This document shows, piece by piece, positions 26,239-35,264 of a DNA stretch of 64,000 nucleotides (the first letter of the stretch is position 1; each line of letters opens with the position of its first letter). Under the pieces are notes generated by a model that did not search any database, was not told the origin of the DNA, and saw only the letters and a list, made by a program, of their open reading frames with translations. Origin of the DNA: Chthoniobacter sp. (GTDB taxonomy: Bacteria > Verrucomicrobiota > Verrucomicrobiia > Chthoniobacterales > Chthoniobacteraceae); contig JAXDQW010000039.1 of assembly GCA_034667665.1 (NCBI GenBank), positions 40,210 to 104,209 on the forward strand. Direction: 5' to 3'. Both the position numbers and the translations under genes were made by a program.

Positions 26239-27663
26239 ATGGGCGCGGCGATGAAGCGCTGCATCTTATTGGTTACTCTGCTCCTCGCGGGCGGTTCGGC
26301 TCTCACCGCGGAACCTCGTCCGCCGAATATCATTGTCGTGATGCCCGACGACATCGGCTACGGAGACTTTGCCTGCCTCGGCAATCCGATCGTCCAGACG
26401 CCGAACATCGACCGCTTCCACGGCGAGAGCGTCCGCTTCACGAACTTCCATGTGAGCCCCACCTGCGCGCCGACGCGGGCCGCGCTGCTGACCGGGCGGC
26501 ACGAGTTTCGCAATGGCGTGACGCACACCATTCTCGAACGGGAGCGGCTGCGGCTCGACGCCACCACCATCGCGCAGGTGCTAAAATCCGCGGGCTACGC
26601 CACCGGCATCTTCGGCAAATGGCACCTCGGTGACGAAGCCCCGTATCAGCCCGAAAAGCGCGGCTTCGACGAAGTCTTCATCCACGGCGGCGGCGGCATC
26701 GGGCAGACCTATCCCGGCAGTTGTGGCGACGCGCCGGGCAATACCTATTTCGATCCGGCGCTGCTGCACAATGGCGAGTTCGTGAAGACGAACGGCTTTT
26801 GCACCGATGTCTTTTTCGGTCACGCGATCGAGTGGATGGACGAGAAGCTCGATGCCCACATCCCTTTCTTCGCATGCATCACGCCCAATGCCGCGCACGA
26901 ACCGCTTTCCTGCCCGCCGGAATACGAGCGGCTCTACGCGGGCAAAGTCCCGGCGAAGGTCGCGCCTTTTTTGGGCATGATCACGAACCTCGACGACAAC
27001 TTCGGCCGGTTGCTGGCGAAGCTTGAAGAGTGGGGCATCGCCGAGCGCACGCTCGTCGTTTTCCTCACCGACAACGGCGGCACCGCCGGCGTGCAGATTT
27101 TCAACGCCGGGATGCGCGGCGCGAAAGCCACGCCGTATGAAGGCGGCACGCGAGTGCCCTCATTCTGGCGCTGGCCGGACGCCTGGAAGGGCGGCGTCGA
27201 TGTGCCTGCGCTTGCGGCGCATCTCGATCTCTTCCCCACGCTCGCGCAGATCGCCGGCGCGAAGATCTCCGCAGAGGTCGCTGCGAAGCTCGAAGGGCGC
27301 GACCTCCTGCCGCTGCTGAAAAGCCCGACCGCCGAATGGCCGGATCGCCTCCTTTTCACCCACGTCGGCCGCTGGAAACGCGGCGAGGCGGCGGGGGCCA
27401 AATATGTGAACTGCTCCGTCCGCAACAGCCGCTTTGCGCTCGTCAACAACCGCGAGCTTTACGATCTCGCCGCCGATCCCGCGCAGGCGCATGACGTCAT
27501 CGCCGAACAGTCGAACGAAGCGGAGAAGCTGCGCGCCGCCTATGACCAATGGTGGGACGCAGTGCAACCCGACCTGGTGAACGAAGACGCCGTCGGCCCG
27601 AAAGTGAATCCGTTCAAGGCGCGCTACTGGAAGCAGTTTGGCGGCGGTCCTCCAACCGAGTAA
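26239..27663 (+). CDS. Formylglycine-dependent sulfatase (arylsulfatase family), secreted.
   Basis: Signal peptide 'MKRCILLVTLLLAGGSALTA', 'NIIVVMPDDIGYGD', and the CxPxR motif 'SPTCAPTRAALLTGR'. Confidence 0.9.
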   Translation: MGAAMKRCILLVTLLLAGGSALTAEPRPPNIIVVMPDDIGYGDFACLGNPIVQTPNIDRFHGESVRFTNFHVSPTCAPTRAALLTGRHEFRNGVTHTILERERLRLDATTIAQVLKSAGYATGIFGKWHLGDEAPYQPEKRGFDEVFIHGGGGIGQTYPGSCGDAPGNTYFDPALLHNGEFVKTNGFCTDVFFGHAIEWMDEKLDAHIPFFACITPNAAHEPLSCPPEYERLYAGKVPAKVAPFLGMITNLDDNFGRLLAKLEEWGIAERTLVVFLTDNGGTAGVQIFNAGMRGAKATPYEGGTRVPSFWRWPDAWKGGVDVPALAAHLDLFPTLAQIAGAKISAEVAAKLEGRDLLPLLKSPTAEWPDRLLFTHVGRWKRGEAAGAKYVNCSVRNSRFALVNNRELYDLAADPAQAHDVIAEQSNEAEKLRAAYDQWWDAVQPDLVNEDAVGPKVNPFKARYWKQFGGGPPTE

Positions 27664-27913
27664 TCGCGCGGCAGGAGAAGGCGAAACTCGTCACGGAAAC
27701 CTCACCGAGGTGCAGGCTGGCGTGCCGAAGCCTGCGCCCACAACGAGCAAGCCGTGGGCTCCCTCCGGCACGTCTTCGATCTCAACCGAGAAGGTTTGCG
27801 GGCCCAGGCCTCCGGGCGTTCCGAGTCGGCGTCTCGGCGGAAGCTCTGACGAGAAAAAGCAAAACGGCCTTTCGGGAAGTCCCGAAAGGCCGTGATGCGT
27901 GGCGTTGTGAAGC

Positions 27914-28234
27914 TTACTTCGCTGCTTCGACTTTGGTCAGCTCGATGGTTTTCTTGCCGTCCTTCTCCGTGATGATGCCCTCGGCATTCACCTTCTCGTC
28001 CTTTTTGCAGATCTCCGAGTGGAAGTCTTTGGCGATTTTATTGTTGTCCGCGAGGATGGTTTCCACTTTCCCGTCGGCGCCCGTCACCTTGATCGCCATC
28101 TGGCAGGATTTGGCCTCCTTCAGGTTGCATTTTGCGCAAACGGCTTCGCCGCTGATTTTGGTTACCTCGGCGGCTTGCAGCGTCAGACTGAGAGCGGCGA
28201 GGAGAGTTGAGCTGAGTAGTGCGATTTTTTTCAT
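27914..28234 (-). CDS. Small secreted Lys-rich protein with CxxC (106 aa).
   Basis: 'MKKIALLSSTLLAALSLTLQA' signal peptide; 'AVCAKCNLKEAKSC'. More AT-rich than its neighbours. Confidence 0.6.
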   Translation of the reverse strand: MKKIALLSSTLLAALSLTLQAAEVTKISGEAVCAKCNLKEAKSCQMAIKVTGADGKVETILADNNKIAKDFHSEICKKDEKVNAEGIITEKDGKKTIELTKVEAAK

Positions 28235-28459
28235 GTAGATTTGTTTGGGTGGCTTCCCGCGAGGATTCGCGAGCGTCACCTAATAGAAACCCGGATCGTC
28301 CGATTTGTTCAGGAAATCTTTTGCAAATCCACACTCACAGGATTTGGCGCCTGGCCGGCAGGGACCCCCGGCAACGTCGTGAAAGACTCAAGTCGTTCGC
28401 GCCAAAGGGGAGAATATGGCATTGATCATGGTCACTTGATCCGCACTCTCATCACCCAC

Positions 28460-28882
28460 GTGAAAACGACCCACTCAGTTTCAGCCGCCCGCCTGTTCGT
28501 GGTCGCGGCGATGCTGTTGTCGTGGTTTGTCATCACGAATCACTGCGCCCTCGGGCTGATGCGGAGAACCGTCCAGACCAAAGAGGAGCACGCGCACTGT
28601 CACGGCGGCGGAGCGATTCCGGGCAAGGAGTCGCCGCCCGGAGAGGTGCGGGAGTGCTGCAAGTCGATGCACGCTGCGTTGCCCGGCAAGGCCGAGGTGA
28701 AGTTCGACACCGCGAAGGTTCAGCTTCAGCTTTTCGCCCTCGTCGAGGCTCTCGCCGCGGACATCGCGAAGCCTGCGGCGTCGGTTTTCATTTTCGACCA
28801 CGGACCTCCGCGATCCCTCACCTTCGCGGAATCCGTGCTCCAGCGCAGCCTCCTCAGCCACGCTCCTCCCTTCGCGGTCTAG
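28460..28882 (+). CDS. Small membrane-anchored Cys/His-rich protein, a putative metal-binding accessory of the copper cluster. Start uncertain.
   Basis: 'LFVVAAMLLSWFVITNHCALG', 'EEHAHCHGGG', 'VRECCKSMH'. The GTG at 28460 was chosen because the longer ORF-track N-terminus has no support. Confidence 0.45.
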   Translation: MKTTHSVSAARLFVVAAMLLSWFVITNHCALGLMRRTVQTKEEHAHCHGGGAIPGKESPPGEVRECCKSMHAALPGKAEVKFDTAKVQLQLFALVEALAADIAKPAASVFIFDHGPPRSLTFAESVLQRSLLSHAPPFAV

Positions 28883-29009
28883 CGACGCACCGCCCGCCTT
28901 CGCGGGTGCTCTTGCTGTCGTGCGCTGACCTCTCCCCGGTCGCGATTGCTCGCGCCGGGAAATCTCTCCCGCCTTCGCCTTCGCACGAGGCGCCACACCA
29001 TCACGATCC

Positions 29010-29333
29010 ATGATTCAAACACTCAAGCTTCTCCTCATCTCCAGCGCCTTCGGTCTGCTCGCGGGCTGTGCCACCCAGCCGCTGGTGATCGACGCGGCAC
29101 ATCCCGCCAGCGCCGCTGCGCCGGAGGCGGTCGCGTCGGCGGCGCGTTCCAACCTGGCTCCGGACACCGACACCCGCCGCACGCGGGAACTGCTCGCCCG
29201 GCGCGAGCTCCAGGCGAAAGCCGCCGAAGACGAAGCACCGGCAGATCAAACGCAAATCAATCCGAGCGCGCCGAAACCCGCGACCCCACCCGCATCGACG
29301 TCCGCTCCAAAAAACGAAAAGGCCCGGCCATGA
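29010..29333 (+). CDS. Lipoprotein (107 aa), Ala/Pro-rich.
   Basis: 'MIQTLKLLLISSAFGLLAGC' lipobox. Its stop overlaps the next ATG (ATGA). Confidence 0.6.
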   Translation: MIQTLKLLLISSAFGLLAGCATQPLVIDAAHPASAAAPEAVASAARSNLAPDTDTRRTRELLARRELQAKAAEDEAPADQTQINPSAPKPATPPASTSAPKNEKARP

Positions 29334-30733
29334 GCATCCATCAGCCACTCTCGATACTCCTCTGCGCTCTCCTCGCGGTCTCAGCGGTCGCGAAAGACAA
29401 ACCCTTCGCTCCGGTCGAGCAGGCGGTGCAGGAACGCACGCAGCGCACCGTGCGCTGGGAGCAGGACCTCGCGGCGCGCGAAGAATCGCTCGCGCAAGCG
29501 CGGGCCTTGCTCAAAAGGCCGCTCACGGTTTCCGCCGCGGTGCAGGTCGCGCTGCTGAACAATCGCGAGCTTCAGGCGACCTTCGAGGCCATCGGGCTTT
29601 CCTTTGCCGAGGTGCGCGCGGCGCGCACGCTGGCGAATCCCGAAGCGAACCTGACCGCGAAGTTTCCCGACCGTCCGCCTTCGGGCACGATGCTCGAATG
29701 GGGCATCGCGCAGAACTTTCTCGACCTGCTGATGATCCCGCTCCGTTCGCGCGTGGCGCGGGAACGACTCGCTGGGGTCCAGCTTCGCGTGACGGATGAC
29801 GTAGTGAAGCTGGTCGCCGAGGTGAAAGCGGCGGTCTATCAACTCCAGGGCGACGAGGCGTTGCTCGCGCAGTTACGGCTGGCGCAGGAGGCGCAGGCGG
29901 CGGCGCTGGAGTTCATGCAGAAACTCCACGAGGCGGGCAATGTGCCGGACTTGAAGCTCGTGCAGGAACAGGCGGCTTACAGCCAGTCGCGGCTGGAGAT
30001 CGCGATGGCTGAAGCCGAAGGACGGGAGCACCGCGAGAAGCTCAATCGGCTGCTCGGACTATGGGGACGCGACACCGGCTGGAAGCTCGCGGGAGAATTG
30101 CCGGACGTGCCCGGCAGCGCGCCAACCGTGCGCGGGCTGGAAACGCTTGCGGTGGCCAATCGGCTCGACCTCGCGGCGGGCCGCGCGGAGCTGGAAAGCA
30201 CGGTCAAAGCCCTCGGGCTCGAGAAGTCCTTCCGCTTCATCGGGGCGCTCGATTTCGGACTCGCCTCCGAGCACGACCCGGATGGCGCGAACCTCACCGG
30301 GCCAGCGCTGCGTTTGGAACTGCCCTTGTTCAATCAAGGTCAGGCGCGCATCGCACGCGGTGAGGCGCAACTCCGCATGGCGCAGAGCAAGTTCGAGCAG
30401 CTCGCCATCGACATCCGTTCGGAAGTCCGCGAACTGCGCGATCGGCTGATCAGCAAGCGCGAGATGGCGCAGTTTTATCGCAACGACTTGCTGCCCACGC
30501 GACGGCGCATCGTCTCGCTCACGCTGCTGAATTACAACGCGATGCTGACCGGCGCGTTCGAGCTCTTCACCGCCAGGCGCGAGGAGATCGAAGCCGAGCG
30601 CGGCTGGATCACCGCGCGCCGCGACTACTGGCTCACCCGCGCGCAACTCGAGCGCGCCGTCGGCGGCGATCTCGATGCGAGGCCACCGTCCTCGCCTGCC
30701 TCGCGTCCAAAAAAACTCACCAAGACCCGCTGA
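29330..30733 (+). CDS. TolC-like outer membrane efflux protein.
   Basis: Signal peptide 'MSIHQPLSILLCALLAVSAVA'. OEP-type repeats 'AAVQVALLNNRELQA...' and 'LAVANRLDLAAGRAELES...'. Confidence 0.8.
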   Translation: MSIHQPLSILLCALLAVSAVAKDKPFAPVEQAVQERTQRTVRWEQDLAAREESLAQARALLKRPLTVSAAVQVALLNNRELQATFEAIGLSFAEVRAARTLANPEANLTAKFPDRPPSGTMLEWGIAQNFLDLLMIPLRSRVARERLAGVQLRVTDDVVKLVAEVKAAVYQLQGDEALLAQLRLAQEAQAAALEFMQKLHEAGNVPDLKLVQEQAAYSQSRLEIAMAEAEGREHREKLNRLLGLWGRDTGWKLAGELPDVPGSAPTVRGLETLAVANRLDLAAGRAELESTVKALGLEKSFRFIGALDFGLASEHDPDGANLTGPALRLELPLFNQGQARIARGEAQLRMAQSKFEQLAIDIRSEVRELRDRLISKREMAQFYRNDLLPTRRRIVSLTLLNYNAMLTGAFELFTARREEIEAERGWITARRDYWLTRAQLERAVGGDLDARPPSSPASRPKKLTKTR

Positions 30734-30736
30734 CCT

Positions 30737-32152
30737 ATGATCAATCGACGCCAACTCTTCGGCGGAGCCGCCGCTTTCGCCGGCATCGCCGCCCTCCAGC
30801 GCACTGTGGCGTTAGCGCAAGCATCCGGCTCCACAGGCAAGGCCGCCAGGGAACACCCCGGCAATGGCAAACCCGCATGGATGCGCGCGCCGCATCCCGA
30901 GCCGGGTGAGCCGGGCAAACATTATCAGCCGACCGTCACGCTCAACGGCTCGACGCTGCCGTGGAGGATGGTCGAGGGCGTGAAGGTGATGCACCTCGTG
31001 GCGGAAGAAGTGTGGCACGAGTTCGTGCCGAAAACGCCGGGTAACGAGGCGCTGCGGGCGACGTGCTGGGGCTACAACGGGCAGGTTCACGGCCCGACCA
31101 TCGAGTGCGTGGAAGGCGACCGCCTGCGCATCTACGTGACCAACAAATTGCCGGCGGCGACGACCATCCACTGGCACGGGATCATTCTGCCGAACGGTAT
31201 GGACGGGGTCGGCGGGCTCACGCAGAAGGCCATTCAGCCGGGCGAAACTTTCATCTATGAGTTCACCCTCTGGCAGCACGGGACCTTCATGTATCACGCG
31301 CATCACGACGAGATGACGCAGATGGCGCTCGGCCTGCTCGGCATGTTGATCATTCATCCGCGGGAGGAAACGGAACCGCGGCCCAACCGCGACTTTGTCT
31401 ATCTGCTCAGCGAGTGGCGCATCGACCCCGGCACGACGCGCCCGAATCCGAACGAAATGACGGAGTTCAACCTCCTGACGCTCAATGCAAAAGCTTACCC
31501 CGGCACCGCGCCGATGATCGTGAAGCAAGGCGATCGCACCCGCATCCGCATCGGGAATCTTTCGGCGATGGACCATCACTCGATGCACTTCCATGGACAC
31601 TACTGGTGGGTACGCGAGACCGACGGTGGCGTGATTCCCGAAAATGCGCGCTGGCCCGAGGTGACCACCATCGTGCCCGTGGGGAGCACCCGCACCGTCG
31701 AGTTCATCGCCGACAACCCCGGCGACTGGGCCTTCCATTGCCATATGAGCCACCACGTCATGAATCAGATGGGCCACCAGATTCCGAATCTCATCGGCCT
31801 CGCGCGCGGCAACTTCGACCAGCGAGTGCGCAAATTCCTGCCCGGCTACATGACCATGGGCGAAGCCGGCATGGCCGACATGGGTGGGATGGGGATGAAG
31901 GGGCCGCGCAATTCCGTGCCGATGGTCGGCGCATCCGGGCCGCACGACTACATCACGATGGGTGGCATGTACACGAACATCAAGGTGCGCCCGCATCTGG
32001 AGAGTTACGACACCGATCCCGGCTGGTATGAACAGCCGCCGGGCTCCCAAGCCAGCCTCGCTGATCCCGAGCGCCTGCAGCACGACCTCGGCTTCATCCC
32101 CGACTCCACCCCCGCCAAAGGCGAGCACGGGGACGAACACGGCCGCGGATAA
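30737..32152 (+). CDS. Multicopper oxidase (CopA/PcoA/CueO-like) with a Tat signal.
   Basis: 'MINRRQLFGGAAAFAGIAAL', 'TIHWHGIILPNGMDG', 'HFHGHYW', 'HCHMSHHVMNQM'. Confidence 0.9.
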   Translation: MINRRQLFGGAAAFAGIAALQRTVALAQASGSTGKAAREHPGNGKPAWMRAPHPEPGEPGKHYQPTVTLNGSTLPWRMVEGVKVMHLVAEEVWHEFVPKTPGNEALRATCWGYNGQVHGPTIECVEGDRLRIYVTNKLPAATTIHWHGIILPNGMDGVGGLTQKAIQPGETFIYEFTLWQHGTFMYHAHHDEMTQMALGLLGMLIIHPREETEPRPNRDFVYLLSEWRIDPGTTRPNPNEMTEFNLLTLNAKAYPGTAPMIVKQGDRTRIRIGNLSAMDHHSMHFHGHYWWVRETDGGVIPENARWPEVTTIVPVGSTRTVEFIADNPGDWAFHCHMSHHVMNQMGHQIPNLIGLARGNFDQRVRKFLPGYMTMGEAGMADMGGMGMKGPRNSVPMVGASGPHDYITMGGMYTNIKVRPHLESYDTDPGWYEQPPGSQASLADPERLQHDLGFIPDSTPAKGEHGDEHGRG

Positions 32153-32322
32153 ATCAGCAATTCGATTCGGGCTCGTAACTGCCGCGGTGCTCGAAGCACG
32201 CGCTTCCGAATCTCCCAGACACGTTGCCAGACCTTCATCTCGCGGCAATCCCCAGAACGGCCGGCGGAGCGCCCGTCTGCGCCGCGCCGGCATTCAAGAA
32301 CTTGCGCGAGTACCGCCCGGGG

Positions 32323-33378
32323 CTACCGCGACACTTTCACCACGGAGCGCGTGGCGGCGCTTTCGTAGCAGGCGCGGATGAGGGCGATGGCGCCGCGGGC
32401 GTCGGTGCCGGGGATCATCGGGGCGCGGCCCTCGCGAATCGCGTTGACTAGATCCTCGATCAGCCGGCGATGGCCTTCGATCGGGATCGCTTTGGGGTCC
32501 GCCGCGCCACCGCCGATCTTGCCGGCGCCTTCGTTCCGGAGAACCGCTTCGTCCCCGGGCTGCTTTTCCGCGAAATCCCAGCGGGTCACCTTGTCGTTGA
32601 CGATGGTTGCGCTCCCCTTGTCGCCATCGATTTCGATCTGCAAATCATCGCCCGGCCAGGTGCTGGTCGCGGCTTCGATCACGCCCAGCGCGCCGCTCGG
32701 GAAGCGGAGCAACGCGGTGAGCGTATCCTCCGCCTCCATGGTGTGCGCGAGGGTTGCATGAAAGGCGGAGACTTCCTCCGGCAAGCCGGCGAGCCACTGG
32801 AGCAGATCGACCGCGTGAACGCCCTGGTTCATGAGCGCGCCGCCGCCATCGATCTTCCAGGTGCCCTTCCAGCCGGAGGTGCCGTAATAGCTCTGGTCGC
32901 GCCACCATTTGACGTAGGCGCTGCACATCGTCAGCCGCCCAAAGCGTCCAGCCTCCACCGCCGCCTTCAGCGCCTGCGCGCCCGCGCCAAAGCGGCTTTG
33001 GAACACGCAGGCGAGGCGCCCGTTGCCGCGCTTCTCGGCCGCGAGGATGGCATCCACCGCTTCGAGCGTGACGTCGATCGGCTTCTCGCAGAGCACCGCC
33101 TTGCCCGCTTCGAGCACCGGCACCGCCACCGCGGCGTGCAAGCCGCTCGGGGTGGCCACGGTCGTCGCGGCGATCTCCGGGTCGGCGATTACCGCTTCGA
33201 GGGACTCGTATTCGCGGAGGCCGAATTTTTCACAGAAGGCGTGCCGCTGCTCGGGCACATTGCCGTAAGCGCCAATGAGCTTTGCGCCCGGCACGGCGCG
33301 GATGGCGTTGGCGTGGAATTCGGCGATCATGCCGGTGCCGATGATCGCGAAGCCGATGGGATCAGAAGAGGGGGACAT
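32323..33378 (-). CDS. Gfo/Idh/MocA family oxidoreductase.
   Basis: 'IGFAIIGTGMIAEFHANAI', 'VLCEKPI'; typical length of 351 aa. Confidence 0.85.
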   Translation of the reverse strand: MSPSSDPIGFAIIGTGMIAEFHANAIRAVPGAKLIGAYGNVPEQRHAFCEKFGLREYESLEAVIADPEIAATTVATPSGLHAAVAVPVLEAGKAVLCEKPIDVTLEAVDAILAAEKRGNGRLACVFQSRFGAGAQALKAAVEAGRFGRLTMCSAYVKWWRDQSYYGTSGWKGTWKIDGGGALMNQGVHAVDLLQWLAGLPEEVSAFHATLAHTMEAEDTLTALLRFPSGALGVIEAATSTWPGDDLQIEIDGDKGSATIVNDKVTRWDFAEKQPGDEAVLRNEGAGKIGGGAADPKAIPIEGHRRLIEDLVNAIREGRAPMIPGTDARGAIALIRACYESAATRSVVKVSR

Positions 33379-33580
33379 GCCACCCGTATAAGCCGCCGCG
33401 CCGCACAGGGGAAGCCCCTTGAAGAGCGGCCGCGCTCCGCGCCAGAGCCATTCTTTCGGGTCAAGTCCGCCCGTTCAAAGTGCGCAAGGCCTCGCGATCC
33501 GCGGTGCGCAACTGCGCTCGGAGGAATGATCCCAGGGCGTGTTTGGAAACCCGCACCCGGGTGAAAGTCTCGGCCGCAAC

Positions 33581-33644
33581 CAAGGAGCCGGGGCGCCCCC
33601 GCCCCGAGGGAGCAACGCGGGGGCGAGGGCGCCCCGGCTCCTTG
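33581..33644. repeat. Long GC-rich hairpin (18-bp perfect arms).
   Basis: CAAGGAGCCGGGGCGCCC (33581-33598) pairs with GGGCGCCCCGGCTCCTTG (33627-33644). The loop contains a further CGCCCCG/CGGGGGCG pairing. Confidence 0.8.
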
Positions 33645-33684
33645 AGAGACTCTCGTCGTGCAGAATGATCCCACGGCCACTGGT

Positions 33685-33713
33685 CTTTGCGCCTTTGCGC
33701 CTCTGCGCCTGCG
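33685..33713. repeat. Copy of the dispersed CTTTGCGCC motif.
   Basis: 'ctttgcgcctttgcgcctctgcgcctgcg'. Confidence 0.6.
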
Positions 33714-33764
33714 GGAGGATTCTCACCACCGATTTTGGAATGATGTTGCCGGCGAGCACGCGCG

Positions 33765-35162
33765 CTACCGCCATCTCGCGAGCCTCACTTTTCGACCGTC
33801 CAGAAAGAAGCCGAGCTTCAGATCCGGGAACACCGCGCTGGGAAGGGCTGGCTGGCCGCCGGGCCAAATCCAGCGCTGAACTTGGCGCACGCCCAGGTCT
33901 GGTTCGAGCGTGACGGCCAGACCCGAGTTGGTCGTGAAAAGCATGGCCTTCCCGTCGGGCGCGTCCGCGATTCGCCTGGCCGCAATCCAGCCCTCGCAAT
34001 GGCCCTTGGGATCGAAGAACCAGGTTCTTTGCCTTTCCGTGACTTTCGTCGGTCCGTCTCCCTCCCAATGCGCCCTCTCGGCGTCGATGAAAATGTGGCG
34101 GGTGCCCGGCCAGAAACCAAACTCCCGCCCGCCCTCGGGAATCTTGACCGAGAAGACCTCTTCGGTCCCGTGGAGCGAATAATCCGGGTAACCCACTTGA
34201 GGCCCGTGCGCCGGTTCAAAGCGTTGCAGCTCCATTTTCCGATCGTCACTCGGGACAAGGAGCGTGGTGTAACCAGCCATGCGAGGGCCGAGGGCGCGGG
34301 GATAGGCGAGTTTCCAGGCGTCGCGGTCCTGGATTGCGCGGGGCGGGCCCTGTGCACCGATCCACGCCTCACCGCGGCCGCCTTCGGAGCCGACCGATAC
34401 GATCCAGCCCCGGCCATGGCGATCAGCACGCGCCCAGCCGATCAGATCGATGCTGTGCAGTCCCAAGTCCGCTTCCCCGGGATCTGGCGGCGGCACCAAC
34501 TTGTCGGAATGGATTTCCTTCTGCCATCGGCCCGAGCGCGAGAAGAACGTCAGCGTGTCGTCGCGCTCCCAGAGATCGGTGGTGATCCATGGTCCACTCG
34601 GGAGAAAGGCGCCGTACCATTCGCGGCCTTGTCCGTCGCGGCGCGGTGGGCGGGCTTCGTTAGTTAGTCGGCCCTGGCCATTGAAGAGCCATCCGTGCGT
34701 GGGAATCCAAAGCTCGAACGCGTCTTTGGTGATGCGGCGACTGACCCACGACTCGCCATCGCCGCGGGAGGACACTGCCATGTCCGGAAACGCGTAGAGG
34801 CTCTCGAGGGGGACTTCCCGCACCGCGGCAGGAAGGCCGATCTCCCGTTCCGCGAACCGGCCTTCCGCCGCGACCGCTTCGATCCGTTCCGACTGCCCCG
34901 CCCGCACCGCCGCCTCGATCAGTTCTTCGGCCAGGGCCCGCTTCGCGGCGGGATCGGTTTCCACTTTCCACGCCTGGAACAGTTTCTCCGCCTTGCCTTG
35001 CCATTCGGCAAGATAGGCATCCGCGTCCCGGGAAGTCGTGTCGGACGCTGTTTGCTCGGAGAAGGAAAGCGGTGCGGCGCAGCACCACCAACCAGCAACG
35101 ATTGGGAGAATCCAACGAAAGCTCACGAAGTAATCTACGCGCAAGATCGCCAGACCTTTCAT
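33765..35162 (-). CDS. Hypothetical secreted or membrane-anchored protein (465 aa).
   Basis: ORF track. N-terminal hydrophobic segment 'WILPIVAGWWCCAAPLSF'. No family recognised. Confidence 0.6.
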   Translation of the reverse strand: MKGLAILRVDYFVSFRWILPIVAGWWCCAAPLSFSEQTASDTTSRDADAYLAEWQGKAEKLFQAWKVETDPAAKRALAEELIEAAVRAGQSERIEAVAAEGRFAEREIGLPAAVREVPLESLYAFPDMAVSSRGDGESWVSRRITKDAFELWIPTHGWLFNGQGRLTNEARPPRRDGQGREWYGAFLPSGPWITTDLWERDDTLTFFSRSGRWQKEIHSDKLVPPPDPGEADLGLHSIDLIGWARADRHGRGWIVSVGSEGGRGEAWIGAQGPPRAIQDRDAWKLAYPRALGPRMAGYTTLLVPSDDRKMELQRFEPAHGPQVGYPDYSLHGTEEVFSVKIPEGGREFGFWPGTRHIFIDAERAHWEGDGPTKVTERQRTWFFDPKGHCEGWIAARRIADAPDGKAMLFTTNSGLAVTLEPDLGVRQVQRWIWPGGQPALPSAVFPDLKLGFFLDGRKVRLARWR

Positions 35163-35264
35163 CTCATTTCAGCACCGCAGCCTTAACGGAGTTCCAGGTG
35201 CAGGACAGTCAAGCGAGCGTCCTGAGGAAAATGCCGGGTGACCAGTCCGCCCCACGCGACCTCG

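Noticed and set aside
28946-29329. 128-codon N-terminal extension of the TolC-like ORF.
   Set aside because: It overlaps the better-supported lipoprotein ORF (29010..29333) in another frame. The TolC-like protein has its own ATG and signal peptide at 29330.
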